Source of the DNA: Octopus bimaculoides | Taxonomy: Eukaryota | Direction of reading: 5' to 3' | DNA length: 64,000 nucleotides | Assembly (NCBI RefSeq): GCF_001194135.2 | Contig: NC_068993.1 | Coordinates: 3,980,894 to 4,044,893 of the forward strand | Shown: positions 26,716 to 39,562 of the stretch, piece by piece | Numbering within the stretch: position 1 is the stretch's first letter | Layout: the number at the start of each line of letters is the position of its first letter | The notes under the pieces: generated by a model | The model's input: the letters and a program-made list of their open reading frames with translations, nothing else | The model's database searches: none | Told to the model about the DNA's origin: nothing | Program-made: the position numbers and the translations under genes

Positions 26716-26860
26716 GGAATTATGTACATTATTTACATTATTTATATTTGATGGATATTTGTCCTCATCTTGTTTGTTGTTAACACAACGTTTCGGCTGA
26801 TATACTCTCCAGCCTTCATCAGGTGTCTTGGGGGAGATTTCGAATCTTGGTTCTCAATTC
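26716..26860 (-). mobile_element. Penelope-like element terminal fragment carrying a hammerhead
   Basis: Contains the minimal hammerhead motif characteristic of Penelope-like elements; the assignment is inferred from that motif. Confidence 0.55.
26782..26827 (-). ncRNA. minimal (dimer-type) type I hammerhead ribozyme motif
   Basis: gacac CTGATGA A GGCTG-GAGAGTATAT-CAGCC GAA ACGT T GTGTT: intact core, 5-bp stem II, palindromic ACGT stem III, 5-bp stem I, GUU triplet. Confidence 0.75.
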
Positions 26861-27000
26861 CATAACAGAATTCAGAAATAACCCAGAGGAGAGTATAACT
26901 TTTGCAGCGTACTACAGAAGATACGAGGATATTTTTAAGGAGGATTGCAAGACATGGTCCGACGAAGAAAAAATAAGGTTATTATTACATAAACTAGCTC
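26861..27000 (+). mobile_element. Ty3/Gypsy (K02A2.6-like) gag fragment
   Basis: ITEFRNNPEESITFAAYYRRYEDIFKEDCKTWSDEEKIRLLLHKL resembles the F..WY.RYED.F......D..K.RLLL.KL motif of K02A2.6-like Gag. Truncated on both sides. Confidence 0.7.
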
Positions 27001-28089
27001 TGAAGTCTTCGTTTCCACATTAAATTCTGATATAATGACAGTCTACTCTCCCTGAATGTTATTCATAAAAATATTTCACTTGAAAATACTAATTCTGGTG
27101 AAAGCTATAAGGAAACAAAGCTGACCCATGCGAATATTCCGAAACTTCTTTGACTACCCCTAGGAAAAACTTTTTCACTCCAAATTCCAATATAATCTGA
27201 ACCTACACCATCTGAAGCGTATTTTTAGAAAATTTCATTAAAAAGTATCCATTTATTTCAAAGACATGAAGAAACAAATTTAGTGGGGGAGGGCAGTTGT
27301 GTAGTTATGATGCATCCAGTTATTCACATACTGGAATACTTATGTGTGTGTGTGTGTATGCGTGTTTGTATGTATTTTAAAACACATACATATGTGTGCG
27401 TACGTAGGTAAACATTTGCATATACACATGTGAGTTAATGGATAAATGCATTTGATGCGAACAATGTGGCAGATATTTCCTGAAACCTACCCCTATATAA
27501 TATGATGGATATTTCAGTTTACTAGTGAATGACTAGCTTCGTTCAATTGCAAATATAATATTCTGTCATTATTTCGTTAAAAAAAACTCAGCATGCTCTG
27601 CCTGCAGTAATATTTGTGATCATCTCATTACACACATCTTAGAATATATGTTTAGCCAGTATCGATTATTTACCACAGAAACTTATCACTAAACAAACAG
27701 GAGAACCAGCCTCAGTATCAAAGGGAAGGACTAGAGTGGGGAGAGATATAATTGAAATTTTTTATTATTATTTTTCTAAGCCATATGGTTTATTCTCAAA
27801 GTCCATGATTGTGTATTCATTTATTCTGCATATATGATCATTTATATACACACGTTTTTATGTTTTATTACGTTAATTTTAACTGTTTTTTTTTCTAAAT
27901 ATTAATAAAACAACAAATATTTTAAGGCCATGTCTTTACTAAATCAGGAGTTACGCCTGCAGCACACATGTTGACCTTCTCCGTTTTAATCATAGGCATC
28001 AAGGTTCCTATTCAGCGGCAGTGTCTTCTTGTAAATTACCCTTCACAGTGGCAAATGTTTTACTGATCTTACAAAGAAACGGTGCAGCA

Positions 28090-28142
<53 letters not shown>

Positions 28143-28175
28143 TGTGTGTGTGTGTACGTGCGTGTGTGTATAAAT

Positions 28176-28319
28176 GTAGTAAGTAGCTTGCTTACCAACC
28201 ACATGGTTCCGGTTTCAGTCCTACTGTGTGGCATATTAGGCAAGTGTCTTCTACTATAGCCTTGCGCTGACCAAAGCATTGTGAGTGGATTTGGCTGATG
28301 GAAACTGAAAGAAGCTCAT

Positions 28320-28362
<43 letters not shown>

Positions 28363-28577
28363 TTGTGTATATATTTGAGTGCCTGTGTTTGTCCCCACAA
28401 CATCGCTTGACAACCGATTACGACCCCGTAACCTAGCGGTTCGGCAAAAGTAAACAATAGAATACGTACTAGGCTTACAAAGAATATGTCCTGGAGTCGG
28501 TTTCTTCGACTAAACAGGAAGTGCATCAGCATGGCCGCAGTCAAAATGACCGAAACAAATGAAATAACAAAAGAATG
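28176..28577 (+). mobile_element. SINE family A with internal (TA)n/(TATG)n
   Basis: All family A blocks present; A-box end truncated by the flanking (GT)n. Confidence 0.9.
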
Positions 28578-29180
28578 CGTCTGTGTATATGTGTGTGTCT
28601 CTGTGTGTATGTATGTGCGTGCGTTTGTGTGCGTGGTGATAATATAATTCTTCGTAAACTTGAACGTTTGGAAACTAACTTAAGATCATAAAGTCACAAC
28701 CACATTGACCTCTTGCAGAGCCTGGTGCATTTTGGTACCTACAGAATGAAGATAATTACCTTATATCTTTCGTTGTTCGTATAGCAGTTTAAATTCTTTT
28801 GCAGCTAGTTTCATATTTCCAACGGTCGGATCATTGGATCGCTTCGTCTGAAGAATAAAAGACAAAATGTTTGCATGTAATTCGGTGTAATATATGTTTT
28901 TCAGAGACAATTGAAAAGAATCTATTTTCAGTCGTTGGTTATGCTTCAGCAAAATATGTATGATACCTACTCAAAGACATTCTGTAACAATTAATACATA
29001 TGACTTGAAAATGTTCTTGTAGACATAATTTAAGAGAGACAGAGAGGGAGAGAGAGAGGGGGAGAAATAGACAGACAGACAGAGAAAGAGAAACAGGGAA
29101 ACAGACTGAGAATAGAGATAGGTAGAAAGTGCTAGAGACTTGTAAACAGTGAGACAAGTAAAAAGGTAGAGAGAGAGAAA

Positions 29181-29210
29181 CACACACACACACACACACA
29201 CACCGTTGTA

Positions 29211-29256
<46 letters not shown>
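29181..29256. repeat. (CA)11 and (GT)22 arrays in inverted orientation, 9-nt spacer
   Basis: (CA)n 29181-29203, spacer CGTTGTATA, (GT)n 29213-29256. Confidence 0.9.
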
Positions 29257-29260
<4 letters not shown>

Positions 29261-30539
29261 ATTCGTGTGCATTAGGATAACTAAATGTGTGAGTGTACGA
29301 GCTTATATTCATTAACTAATATTCCGAACTGCAGAAAATTTCTTCTTTTTTTTTTTTTGTCAGAGTATAAAAAAATACATTTTTTTTTTACCTAACATAA
29401 TTTATCGATCCGTTCATAGGTGAAAGCGAACAGAATTTACGCGAAAGAGTATAATAAAGTTATATTAGTTTGGGGAGAAGACGGAGCAGGAGAGGAGGAA
29501 TATCTTGGTGTAACATACTAAATTTCTAAGAAAGAAGGAAAGCAGACAGGTAGGTAGGAATGTAACGTGACTAAGAACTGCAGCATCGTATCACATTTGT
29601 GGAAGGTGAACGTATATGGGTCAACAAATGCAACCATCCATAACTTGATAATCTTCTAAATAGTTTATGCAATATAATTTCGTGTAAGAAAGGATGCCTA
29701 ATGCAAATATGCGCGCGCGTGTGTGTGCATGTGTATTCATTACATATATATATATATAAGTGCCAGTTTGTGAGTTTGCAAGTCATATATATACATTCAT
29801 CCACCCACTTATATATATATATATATATATATATNNNNNNNNNNNNNNNNNNNNNNNNNNNNNNNNNNNNNNNNNNNNNNNNNNNNNNNNNNNNNNNNNN
29901 NNNNNNNNNNNNNNNNNNNNNNNNNNNNNNNNNNNNNNNNNNNNNNNNNNNNNNNNNNNNNNNNNNNNNNNNNNNNNNNNNNNNNNNNNNNNNNNNNNNN
30001 NNNNNNNNNNNNNNNNNNNNNNNNNNNNNNNNNNNNNNNNNNNNNNNNNNNNNNNNNNNNNNNNNNNNNNNNNNNNNNNNNNNNNNNNNNNNNNNNNNNN
30101 NNNNNNNNNNNNNNNNNNNNNNNNNNNNNNNNNNNNNNNNNNNNNNNNNNNNNNNNNNNNNNNNNNNNNNNNNNNNNNNNNNNNNNNNNNNNNNNNNNNN
30201 NNNNNNNNNNNNTATATATATATATACTGCTGTGATACGCACACATACGTAAAGCGTTTTCCTCCATTACAGTTTGGTATCAATTTAGGAGCGAGATCCA
30301 TTAATAAGCAGCATGAACAGTTGCATTAACTCATGTATATAGATGGCTGTAATAATATATACGTATGTTAGTCATGCTATGCAAGTAAATTGAAAGGGAT
30401 AAGCAGGATACAGTTGAGATATCTGTGATATATTATTATATATTAACCCGATGTGATTCCCCAAATCTTAACGGTTTGCAGCATGTAGGTGGTTTCCTCA
30501 TCTTCCGCAATACTTTACTATACCTGTCCGACATTTTCA

Positions 30540-30975
30540 ATGGTAGGAATTCACTCAGTGTGTAATTAATCCGTTCGGTTTAAATTTAAATTGTTTTGAG
30601 TACAGAATTTCAGTTGTTGGTTCATATTGTTACATGGTGCATCGTTGAAGAAGCAGAACTTTTAGAAATTCAGCGTCTTTCCCGGTGCAGTTCTGTGTAT
30701 GTATCACCTTTCACAGTATTGCACATTCGTTACTCATCATTGTAGATGATTTCTCATATTGAACAAATTGCAATTACAAATTGAGAACCTATTGTGTGAA
30801 GTTCTGCTTTAAATTTGAAAAAAATTCAAAGATATTTCTCTCATTTTGAAATAACATTGAGTGGACACTCGTTTGTAACTTTGCTTGCGAGGCCAACTTT
30901 TGAAATTGGGAAGAATATCCACCAAAACATGATTCGAAATCCAAGCGACATTTGATGGGAACGGACGATCATTAC
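30540..30975 (+). mobile_element. decayed mariner remnant (5' region)
   Basis: RTYCVKFCFKFEKN near 30785-30830 resembles the mariner N-terminal R..IKFCFKLGK motif. Boundaries approximate. Confidence 0.45.
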
Positions 30976-32120
30976 ATTACGTTAGCGCAAAACATTTAGT
31001 CTGACTGTGAAGATTTCCAAGATGTGAGTATATGTATGGAAGAAGTGACCGCGAAGCGGTGATCGCCCCAGACGACACTATTACGTGAGCGGCACTTTTG
31101 GATCTGCTGCGAAGCTTTTAGAAGATGAAGACCGGGAGAGGGATGGCGAACATACACAGCTACGTCCTGTGAATGTGTATTTGTAATTTGTGTACATTTA
31201 CACATACATAATCCTATGTTTGTTTTAACTAAATGATTCTGGGGTATCTTTAACGCATTCAAACATTTTTATATATCCGATTCACAAGTTTTAGGAAGTA
31301 AGCATAGTTGCAATACAGACGTGTTTGTATACGAATAACATAACGACAAAAATATAAATCGAGTGCAACTCTACTAATTCTTTGTCTACCAAACATAGAA
31401 TGGAATTAAAAAAAGAAATCAAACCGAGGCGAGAAGATAACTGAATACGGCTGAGAGAGAACTTGATAATGAAGGGCCGGCGGTGATGACTGTGATGGTA
31501 ATAATGAGGATGATGATGATGGTGACCACAAGGATGGCGATCATGATTAAGGCAATGGTGGTGGTAAAGATGATGACGATAATAAGGACGGTAGTAGTAA
31601 CAATGACGACGATGTGGAGGCGGTGGAGGATGACGATTACAACAGCTGCGGAGGTAAAGAAGATGAACATGATGATAGCGATGATAATGATAATGAAGAT
31701 AGTCGTGATGATAATAATGAGGAGGAGTAGGCGGAGGTTGATGGTGACAATGACGCGATGGTACGGGTGGTGGTGGTTGTGGTGGTGGTGGGGATGATGA
31801 TGATGGTCATGATGACGACGACGTCGGCATCGTCGACAACAGTGATCAAATTGGTGATATTGAATATAAAGAATTCAGATTGGAAAACGTCTATTTTTTT
31901 ATGGCATTTGTTAGTTCCGTTTTTATTCCATCACAAATGAGAATAAAAATGCTTTGCAGAATGATAAATAAGTAATATTGCTTTTAACAGCTGACAAATA
32001 AAAAGAAGAGAATGATGTATAAATACCCACATACGTATGTGTAATTTGTACGTATACATGAAATCTGCAGCATACACGCGCGCATACATGCGTACATACA
32101 AATGCAGATATGCCAACAAA

Positions 32121-32160
<40 letters not shown>

Positions 32161-32598
32161 NNNNNNNNNNNNNNNNNNNNNNNNNNNNNNNNNNNNNNNN
32201 NNNNNNNNNNNNNNNNNNNNNNNNNNNNNNNNNNNNNNNNNNNNNNNNNNNNNNNNNNNNNNNNNNNNNNNNNNNNNNNNNNNNNNNNNNNNNNNNNNNN
32301 NNNNNNNNNNNNNNNNNNNNNNNNNNNNNNNNNNNNNNNNNNNNNNNNNNNNNNNNNNNNNNNNNNNNNNNNNNNNNNNNNNNNNNNNNNNNNNNNNNNN
32401 NNNNNNNNNNNNNNNNNNNNNNNNNNNNNNNNNNNNNNNNNNNNNNNNNNNNNNNNNNNNNNNNNNNNNNNNNNNNNNNNNNNNNNNNNNNNNNNNNNNN
32501 NNNNNNNNNNNNNNNNNNNNNNNNNNNNNNNNNNNNNNNNNNNTATATATATATATATATATATATTTGCACATGTATATTTACTGATATATAGATTT

Positions 32599-32673
<75 letters not shown>

Positions 32674-32812
32674 CACGCACATATATAACATTGTCATAAA
32701 TGCAATATATACAATGTACAATGGAAAACCCATGGAAGTATTAAGAGGTTATGATAACAAAAATAAGACCAACTTGAATCATGAGCATCATCAGCACCAG
32801 CATAAGCCACAG

Positions 32813-32852
<40 letters not shown>

Positions 32853-32885
<33 letters not shown>

Positions 32886-33245
32886 TAGTTTTATTTTTAT
32901 CGCGTGTTTTCACTGCACCACCGAGCACAGCTCTGTGTGCCTTGGGTATGTGCTGTGGTTTGTTGTGATGCTCTTATTTTTACTGTATCGAAAGTGTTTT
33001 GCGTAGGATGTGTGCGGTGCCCAGTAGTGCAATTTTCTGTATGTTATATATACTTGTTAATCTTGGTGTTTTTGTTATGTATTTGTCTGAATATTGTTTT
33101 ATCATACTTAATGCGCCCATTACGATAGGAATTGTTTCTGCTTTTAGACTCCACATTCGAGTTACCTCTATTTCCAGATCTTTGTATTTTGGAAGTTTCT
33201 CCGTTTCTTTTAAAGAAACGTTGTCATCTGTTGATACATCGATTA
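32853..33245 (-). mobile_element. R4/Dong-type LINE 3' end: restriction-like endonuclease C-terminus, 3' UTR and (TAA)n tail
   Basis: LIDVSTDDNVSLKETEKLPKYKDLEIEVTRMWSLKAETIPIVMGALSMIKQ...QKIALLGTAHILRKTLSIQ* is the typical RLE C-terminus of R4/Dong elements; the 3' UTR ends in (TAA)n. Confidence 0.85.
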
Positions 33246-33270
33246 GAATAATCATTATTATTATTTTTAC

Positions 33271-33312
<42 letters not shown>

Positions 33313-33313
<1 letters not shown>

Positions 33314-33513
33314 TTATGTTTGACTTTTGTTTTGCATTTGTACAAGTTGGATCCAAGTCTCACCCAGAGACCTCAAGAGACAACAAGTTAGAAGTTCATG
33401 TAGGTGTTATGCCTAGGGTACCATATATTTGGATTTGTACAGTTTTGTTCAAGTGAATGTTTAAGAAACCATAAGAAAATTATGTTTGCTTTAAAATTTG
33501 AGATCACATAGAC

Positions 33514-33518
<5 letters not shown>
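33313..33518 (-). mobile_element. second LINE 3' end (different UTR), same orientation, (TAA)n-tailed
   Basis: Starts ILSM* (cf. TLSIQ* of the neighbour), ~190-nt unique UTR, then (TAA)n at 33246-33312; flanked by (TAA)n on both sides. Confidence 0.5.
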
Positions 33519-33548
<30 letters not shown>

Positions 33549-34124
33549 TATTATTATTATCGTAATCATTGCTAGCATCATGAGCATCATTGTGATTACC
33601 AATATTGTCATCATCCTTGTTGTCATCCTTTTCACCTCCCCCATCATCATCTTCATCATCATCATAATCATCTCCACCACGACCATCACCACCATCATCA
33701 TGATCCTCATCTTGATCACCATCATTATCATCAGCAAAAACAACAGTATGAGTACCACTACCAACAACAACACCACCTCAAACGACCCCAGCAACAACAG
33801 CAGCTACAACAGCATGAGCAACTACAACAACGACGACCACCACTACCACTACCACTACCACCACCACCACTTCCATAGCAGAAATGACGGCCTTAATATC
33901 AAGAGAGGCCTCACGAAACAAACGTTTCGGTGCCAGAGATCAGATAATTTTAAAACTGAGACGGAAAAAGAAAGACAAGCGTAAAGAAAAAAAAAAAAAA
34001 GAAAAGAAAAAGAAACAAAACTCTTCTAGTTTACTAACAAGTAGGTAGTATGATTGATTGGTAAAATATTAGTTTGCTTTGAGCTTCTCACTCTGGAATA
34101 TAATGAGATATAAAAGAAGAACAC

Positions 34125-34125
34125 A

Positions 34126-34171
<46 letters not shown>

Positions 34172-34184
34172 TTAAAAAAAAAAA

Positions 34185-34237
<53 letters not shown>

Positions 34238-34240
34238 GCA
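34125..34240. repeat. (AAT)n microsatellite with central A-run
   Basis: Directly visible. Confidence 0.95.
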
Positions 34241-34553
34241 ACAACGACGAGAACAAGAACAACAAGAAAAACTGTTTATTTCTTTCGCAGGTCTTGTGTT
34301 ATGTAAAGTGAGAATTAATCACCTTGATGTTTTATTTCTGTAATTCGTTTTTTCCTAAGAACGCGTTTAAACAGTTTGTGATTATACATAGCAGTGAACT
34401 TTATGTTTCAGTCTCACACACATTTTAGCTGGAAAGGGTCAAGATGTACAGGATGAGTATACATTGATGTAGAAGAATAGAAATATATGTTAAACACTTA
34501 ATGCGCATACATATACACGCACACGCGCACACACACAGGCACTCGCACATATG

Positions 34554-34609
<56 letters not shown>

Positions 34610-35804
34610 TCAGATGACTAAGTTAACTCTTCCGCCATTCCTAAATGAATTTCTCTCATGCACCAGCTCTCTAGAGATGATTTCGTTTCGTGAGACACCT
34701 CATTATTTTTCCTTTTCTAATTTTGGGGTCGTACATAAACGCCTTTTCTTCGTTCCACACGTAAGTTCGGCTAACATTATATATTTGTTCTTAAATGCTG
34801 GAAATACGAGAGTAGAAAAACAGCGAACAACTGATGAAGGGTCGTTCTTTATGTTGTTTGTTTTATTTTCCATTTCTGTCTTTCGTTTTTCGAAAGAATA
34901 GTTCATGTTCCATGTACTCGTGCTCGTGTTATTTTGTTGTACATGCTTCATGGTGTCCTATATACTACTGAGTGTTTTTATTTGGCATAAAACAACACAA
35001 AAAATTGGCCACCCCGAAAAATAACAATATATACATTTATATATGCATACATATCCATGTGTGTGTGTGTGCACGTACGTATGCCTATATATATACACAC
35101 ATACATATGTATGTAGGTACTTAGTAGTCTCCAAAGTGCACTCTGCCAACGGGGAAAATGCAAAACTGCGTTCAAGTAGATCGATACGAGAAACACGAGG
35201 AGTTCTACATAATCAGTGTTAAGGTCTGTTACTGTATAGCATTAAATAGTTTGACATGCAGCTGCTCAGAAATAAGAATTTCAGTCTTTTGTAACTCATA
35301 TTCCCAGATGTTCTGGCACCTATATCTGATACTTATACCAATAAATATATAAATGAAATTCACAGTAAATGTCGATGTTAATATTCCAGCATTGTATATC
35401 CCTTGGTTATTTTATTATATATATTTTCATGTGGAGAATAAAGTACAAGTGAATCTGTCTCAGCTTTTCTCCACACAAGGCAATTAATCATAGCCGAACT
35501 CACACTTATATAAAATGTAAGTAGAATTATTTGAGTGAGCATCCATGTCTCTATGTGTTATTCATATCGGTAAGTGTGTCTATGTGTATTGATTCTATTT
35601 TAACCCATTTCCTTTTCGTTCTCAACCATTAAGGAATTATTAGTACAACTTCCTCCATTGAGAAGTGGTGAGTTTATATCAAAATTATAGTTATTAAACT
35701 ATCCAAATATCTAAAATTCTTAGAAAATAATTCTATGTATGTTCTTGTTGCCTTGTATAATGAAATAGTTTACATATAATTACTTTATTTTTTAAGCCTG
35801 GAAC

Positions 35805-35900
35805 TTATTCTATCGGTTTTCTTTAGCCGAGCCACTACGTTACTGGAGCGTAAACACTTCAACACTTCCTCAAGTGGTGGTGGGGGACAAATATAGATAC
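35805..35900 (-). mobile_element. SINE family A internal fragment
   Basis: TATTCTATCGG..GCCGAGCCACTACGTTAC..CGTAAACAC..GGTGGGGGACAAA matches 57700-57795. Confidence 0.7.
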
Positions 35901-38290
35901 AAACAAACATACACTGACACAAACACGCACACAAACACGCACATATATATGCATGTATGTATGTGTGTGTATGTATGTAAATAACGTGTTCCAGTATAGC
36001 ATATTTGGAGCAGCGAATTCACAGATTTGCTAGAAGCTGGTGCAATATGTTCCAGTTTTCTTCGCTCTGTGTGCAAGTCCTACAAAGGCAAACTTTGTTC
36101 TTTATTCTTTCAGGTCGGAGAAATAAATACCAGTCTATGGCAGTGGAATGGCTGGATTATTAAAATTTCAGACGAGATGTCTTGTACGTTCTCTTCCAGC
36201 TTCTTACATTCTGAATCCATTTTGTCTAACATGCTGCACTACCAGCAATATCTGTAGTACGAAATGCAGACAGTGTGCCCAGGATAAAAACTGACTGCCT
36301 GTATGTAGCTAATTCGCAGAGCTACTATAATAAAAACTTTACGCGTCTCAAGTCTACCGAAGTATTTTAGTATACTTGGTATTTATTTCGTTAAACCTAA
36401 TTGAATGATTCCATTTTCCCGTAAATTGAGGAATTTATTCTAATAGAGAGTCGGTGTGATAAAATCCATGTGAAAAAAAGTGGCACACAGTAACTCTGTG
36501 GGATGCCACTGGGTGAGCTGGTCTTGTTGTCGCCTACAAGACTTAATCCATCGCCTGATTTAGCACACCCCTAATCTCTTAGAGCTATTTTGCGGAGTTC
36601 CCTTTCTTGCAAGAATTCGGGTCAAGTCACCGGTTAGAGGACTACTCCTTTTAGCAGTCTTAGACGCCTTGGGAAAGATATAGGTGACGCCTTTATTTCC
36701 GTGATTGAATCATAAAAAGAAACACACGCACACACAGAACATAAATTGGTAAGATTATTCTCTACGAGACATCAAGTCTCATGCTTCCCCATTCCTATCA
36801 ATTCCACCACCATCACCTCCCAAATGACAACAGTTAATACAATATAACAAACAAATAGTTGTAAGTATTTGTGTACTGAAGTATATCGTTAGTTTAATTG
36901 TATAAAGTTACAAGCATAGAACTCATGAAATAGACATCTATGACTGAAGAATTTTACATCTTAACAATTCCCAAATTGCATTTCATGCTTCATTGATTAC
37001 AATTACAGACTCATGAGATCCTTCTATGTATTTCATACCAATTTCTTCCAACACGACGTAACTATCTCTCCTACCTACCATGGCAAATCTTCTCCTGATC
37101 ACATCGTAACGATAAGGCTGCTGCTATTTCTAAAATAGCTATGAACACAAATTATTTAGAAAATAAGTAATTTTTCTCCATATCTTTACTTTCGTGTGGC
37201 ATATTTGGCAGTTCAGGAAATTTTGGTTTATATTTCTTTAATTTATGGCATTCAGTTTCCTAAGACAATGGCTATTATTAACTGTCAGCAAATGTTTTAT
37301 TAGGGTCAATATGGAAAGTACTTCAGCTCGTCATATTTTAATTTCAGACATTCAATAGGATAAGTTTAGTCTTTAAATAAGATTTATGCATTAGTTTCGC
37401 CTTTCCTTTCAAGCTGATTTCTCCATAAGTTTACCTTTTCTTGGTCGTTTCCTTCTTGTTGAACCTATAATAATTTTCATTGAATTTACTTCAAGACTTC
37501 TCACAAGGAAAGTAAATTATAGCAGTGTTTCAACCTACCATTCATTTCTAACATCTCTTTGTTGTTGTAGTTCTTATTATTACAAATGTTGTTTTTGTTT
37601 ACTTTCTATTCTGTGTCTATTCTTAAGGAGTTGCCTCATCTAAGGTCTAAATGTATATTATTAATCCAACAGCTGCTCACAGGTCCATGAGATCAGGAAA
37701 CTATTCTTATGCATTACACTCCAATGTATAATAGATCTTTCGTAAAAGGACGTTCTCTCTTGTTATTAGATTCAATAAAAGCCAAAACGGACATTGACAG
37801 TTCAGTACTGTAATTCAGAGCTGGCACAACGTCACCAACTCCTACAGCATCACCCATATCACCACTACCATCACCACTACCATCACAGCTACCGTCTCAG
37901 CAGTTACTATCGCCATCATCACAATCAGAAACGACACCACTATCACCACCACAACCATTAATATCAACACTAACGCCAACGCCACCACTAATAACAAAAT
38001 TACCAATAACCTTAGTACCGCTGCTACTGTCATCATTGCCACTTCCATAACCACCGCCACCACCACTGCTATCAACATCACCGCTACCACCAGCAACGAT
38101 ATTAATGTCACCAATACCACTAGCGACAATAAAATCACTCACCGTAGTGTTATTACAGCCGTCATCCTCACCACTCCTATACCATTATTATCACTGCAAC
38201 AAACAACTACTGACGTCATCAAGGCCGAGCTCATCATCGCCAACACCACTGCAACTGTCAGCATTGTAATTGCTTAAAAATAACAAAAAT

Positions 38291-38663
38291 CGTGGCACTC
38301 CGTCGGTTGCGACGACGAGGGTTCCGGTTGATCTGATCAATGGAACAGCCTGCTTGTGAAATTAATGTGCAAGTGGCTGAGCACTCCACAGATACGTGTA
38401 CTCTTAACATAGTTCTCGGAGAAATTCAGCGTGACACAGAGTGTGACGAGGCGGGCCCTTTGAAATACAGGCACAACAGAAACAGGAAGAAAGAGTGAGA
38501 GAAATTTGTGTCGAAAGAGTACAGCAAGGTTCGTCACCACCTCCTGCCGGAGCCTCGTAGTGCTTTAAGTGTTTTTGCTCAATAAACACTCACAACGCCC
38601 GGTGTGGGAATCGAAACCGCGATCCTACGACCGTGAGTCCGCTTCCCTAACCACTGGGCCTCC
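38291..38663 (-). mobile_element. tRNA-derived SINE family D, near full length, with 11-bp TSD
   Basis: tRNA-like head (GGCCCAGTGGTTAGGG...GGTTTCGATTCCC), unique centre, 3' tail shared with family C; TSD ATAACAAAAAT at 38280-38290 and 38664-38674. Confidence 0.9.
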
Positions 38664-39384
38664 ATAACAAAAATACAAGAATCCCAATACAGCAAAATAC
38701 CACCACTGCCACCACCACCACCACCATCACATCTAATACTACCACGTCTTGTACCTCTAACAACATCACCACTGCAACAACACACCATTGTGAGCACTAG
38801 GGCACCATGATTTGGACTGAATGCGAATAAATGAATAACGAAAGAAAGTAAAGAAGGAAGAAGTATCTCCACTCTCGGAATCCTCAGAGCTAGCTCCTTC
38901 GTAGCATCTTTCGTACCTCATTGAGTTAAATATGTTTGGTGGACCCGATTTCTTTTGCGACCCAAATTACTATTGAATATAGAGTAGCTAATTTTAAGGG
39001 TGAAAGAGAGAAAGAGATAGATATAGAAGGGGTAAAACACCTCAATTTTTTTATTGCTAATTCATCGACACTTGCAAGATGAAAGTCGAACCTGATATTG
39101 GTACGATTTGAACAGAAAGCAGATTCAAAATCCTACATGGAATTTCTCCACCTCCCTGAGGACTCGTCTATTTCGTCACCATCATTATGTTGTATGCAGC
39201 AATATTCTTCTTTAAGTTTCATAAGATAAAGCAACAATTCACTTCCTCTAAGTTGATAATCCCTAACCTCTTAATCTCTCTCTCTCTAATAAAGGTATTT
39301 TACTATTTATGTCTCACCTGTCAGCAAAACTGATATCACTGAATACTAGAGCCCACTGTTCTAATTATCAGATATTGATCACAT

Positions 39385-39562
39385 TAGACCCTTATTTAGA
39401 ACACACATGAGCTTAAACCGAGGACATCTCATCTTTATATCAGGTAGTATGCATATTATAATACATTATCCAATGTGACCTTCCTTGTTTTAGATAGCAG
39501 AGTATGTTTTAAGGAAAGTTTAACTGATATTTCTAGTAGTTCAATCGATCTCATAGAGGCTT
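39385..39562 (-). mobile_element. diverged interspersed repeat (family E)
   Basis: ACATTATCCAATGTGACC...GATATTTCTAGTAG; reverse-complement similarity to 16225-16400. Confidence 0.4.

Noticed and set aside
34690-34960. CTGATGA motif at 34831 in a repeat-like block
   Set aside because: No stem II or GAAA follows; not a hammerhead as it stands.
36040-36300. Strong plus acceptor at 36114 and a coiled-coil-like minus frame (MLDKMDSECKKLEENVQDISSE)
   Set aside because: Conflicting strands, early stops and no independent support.
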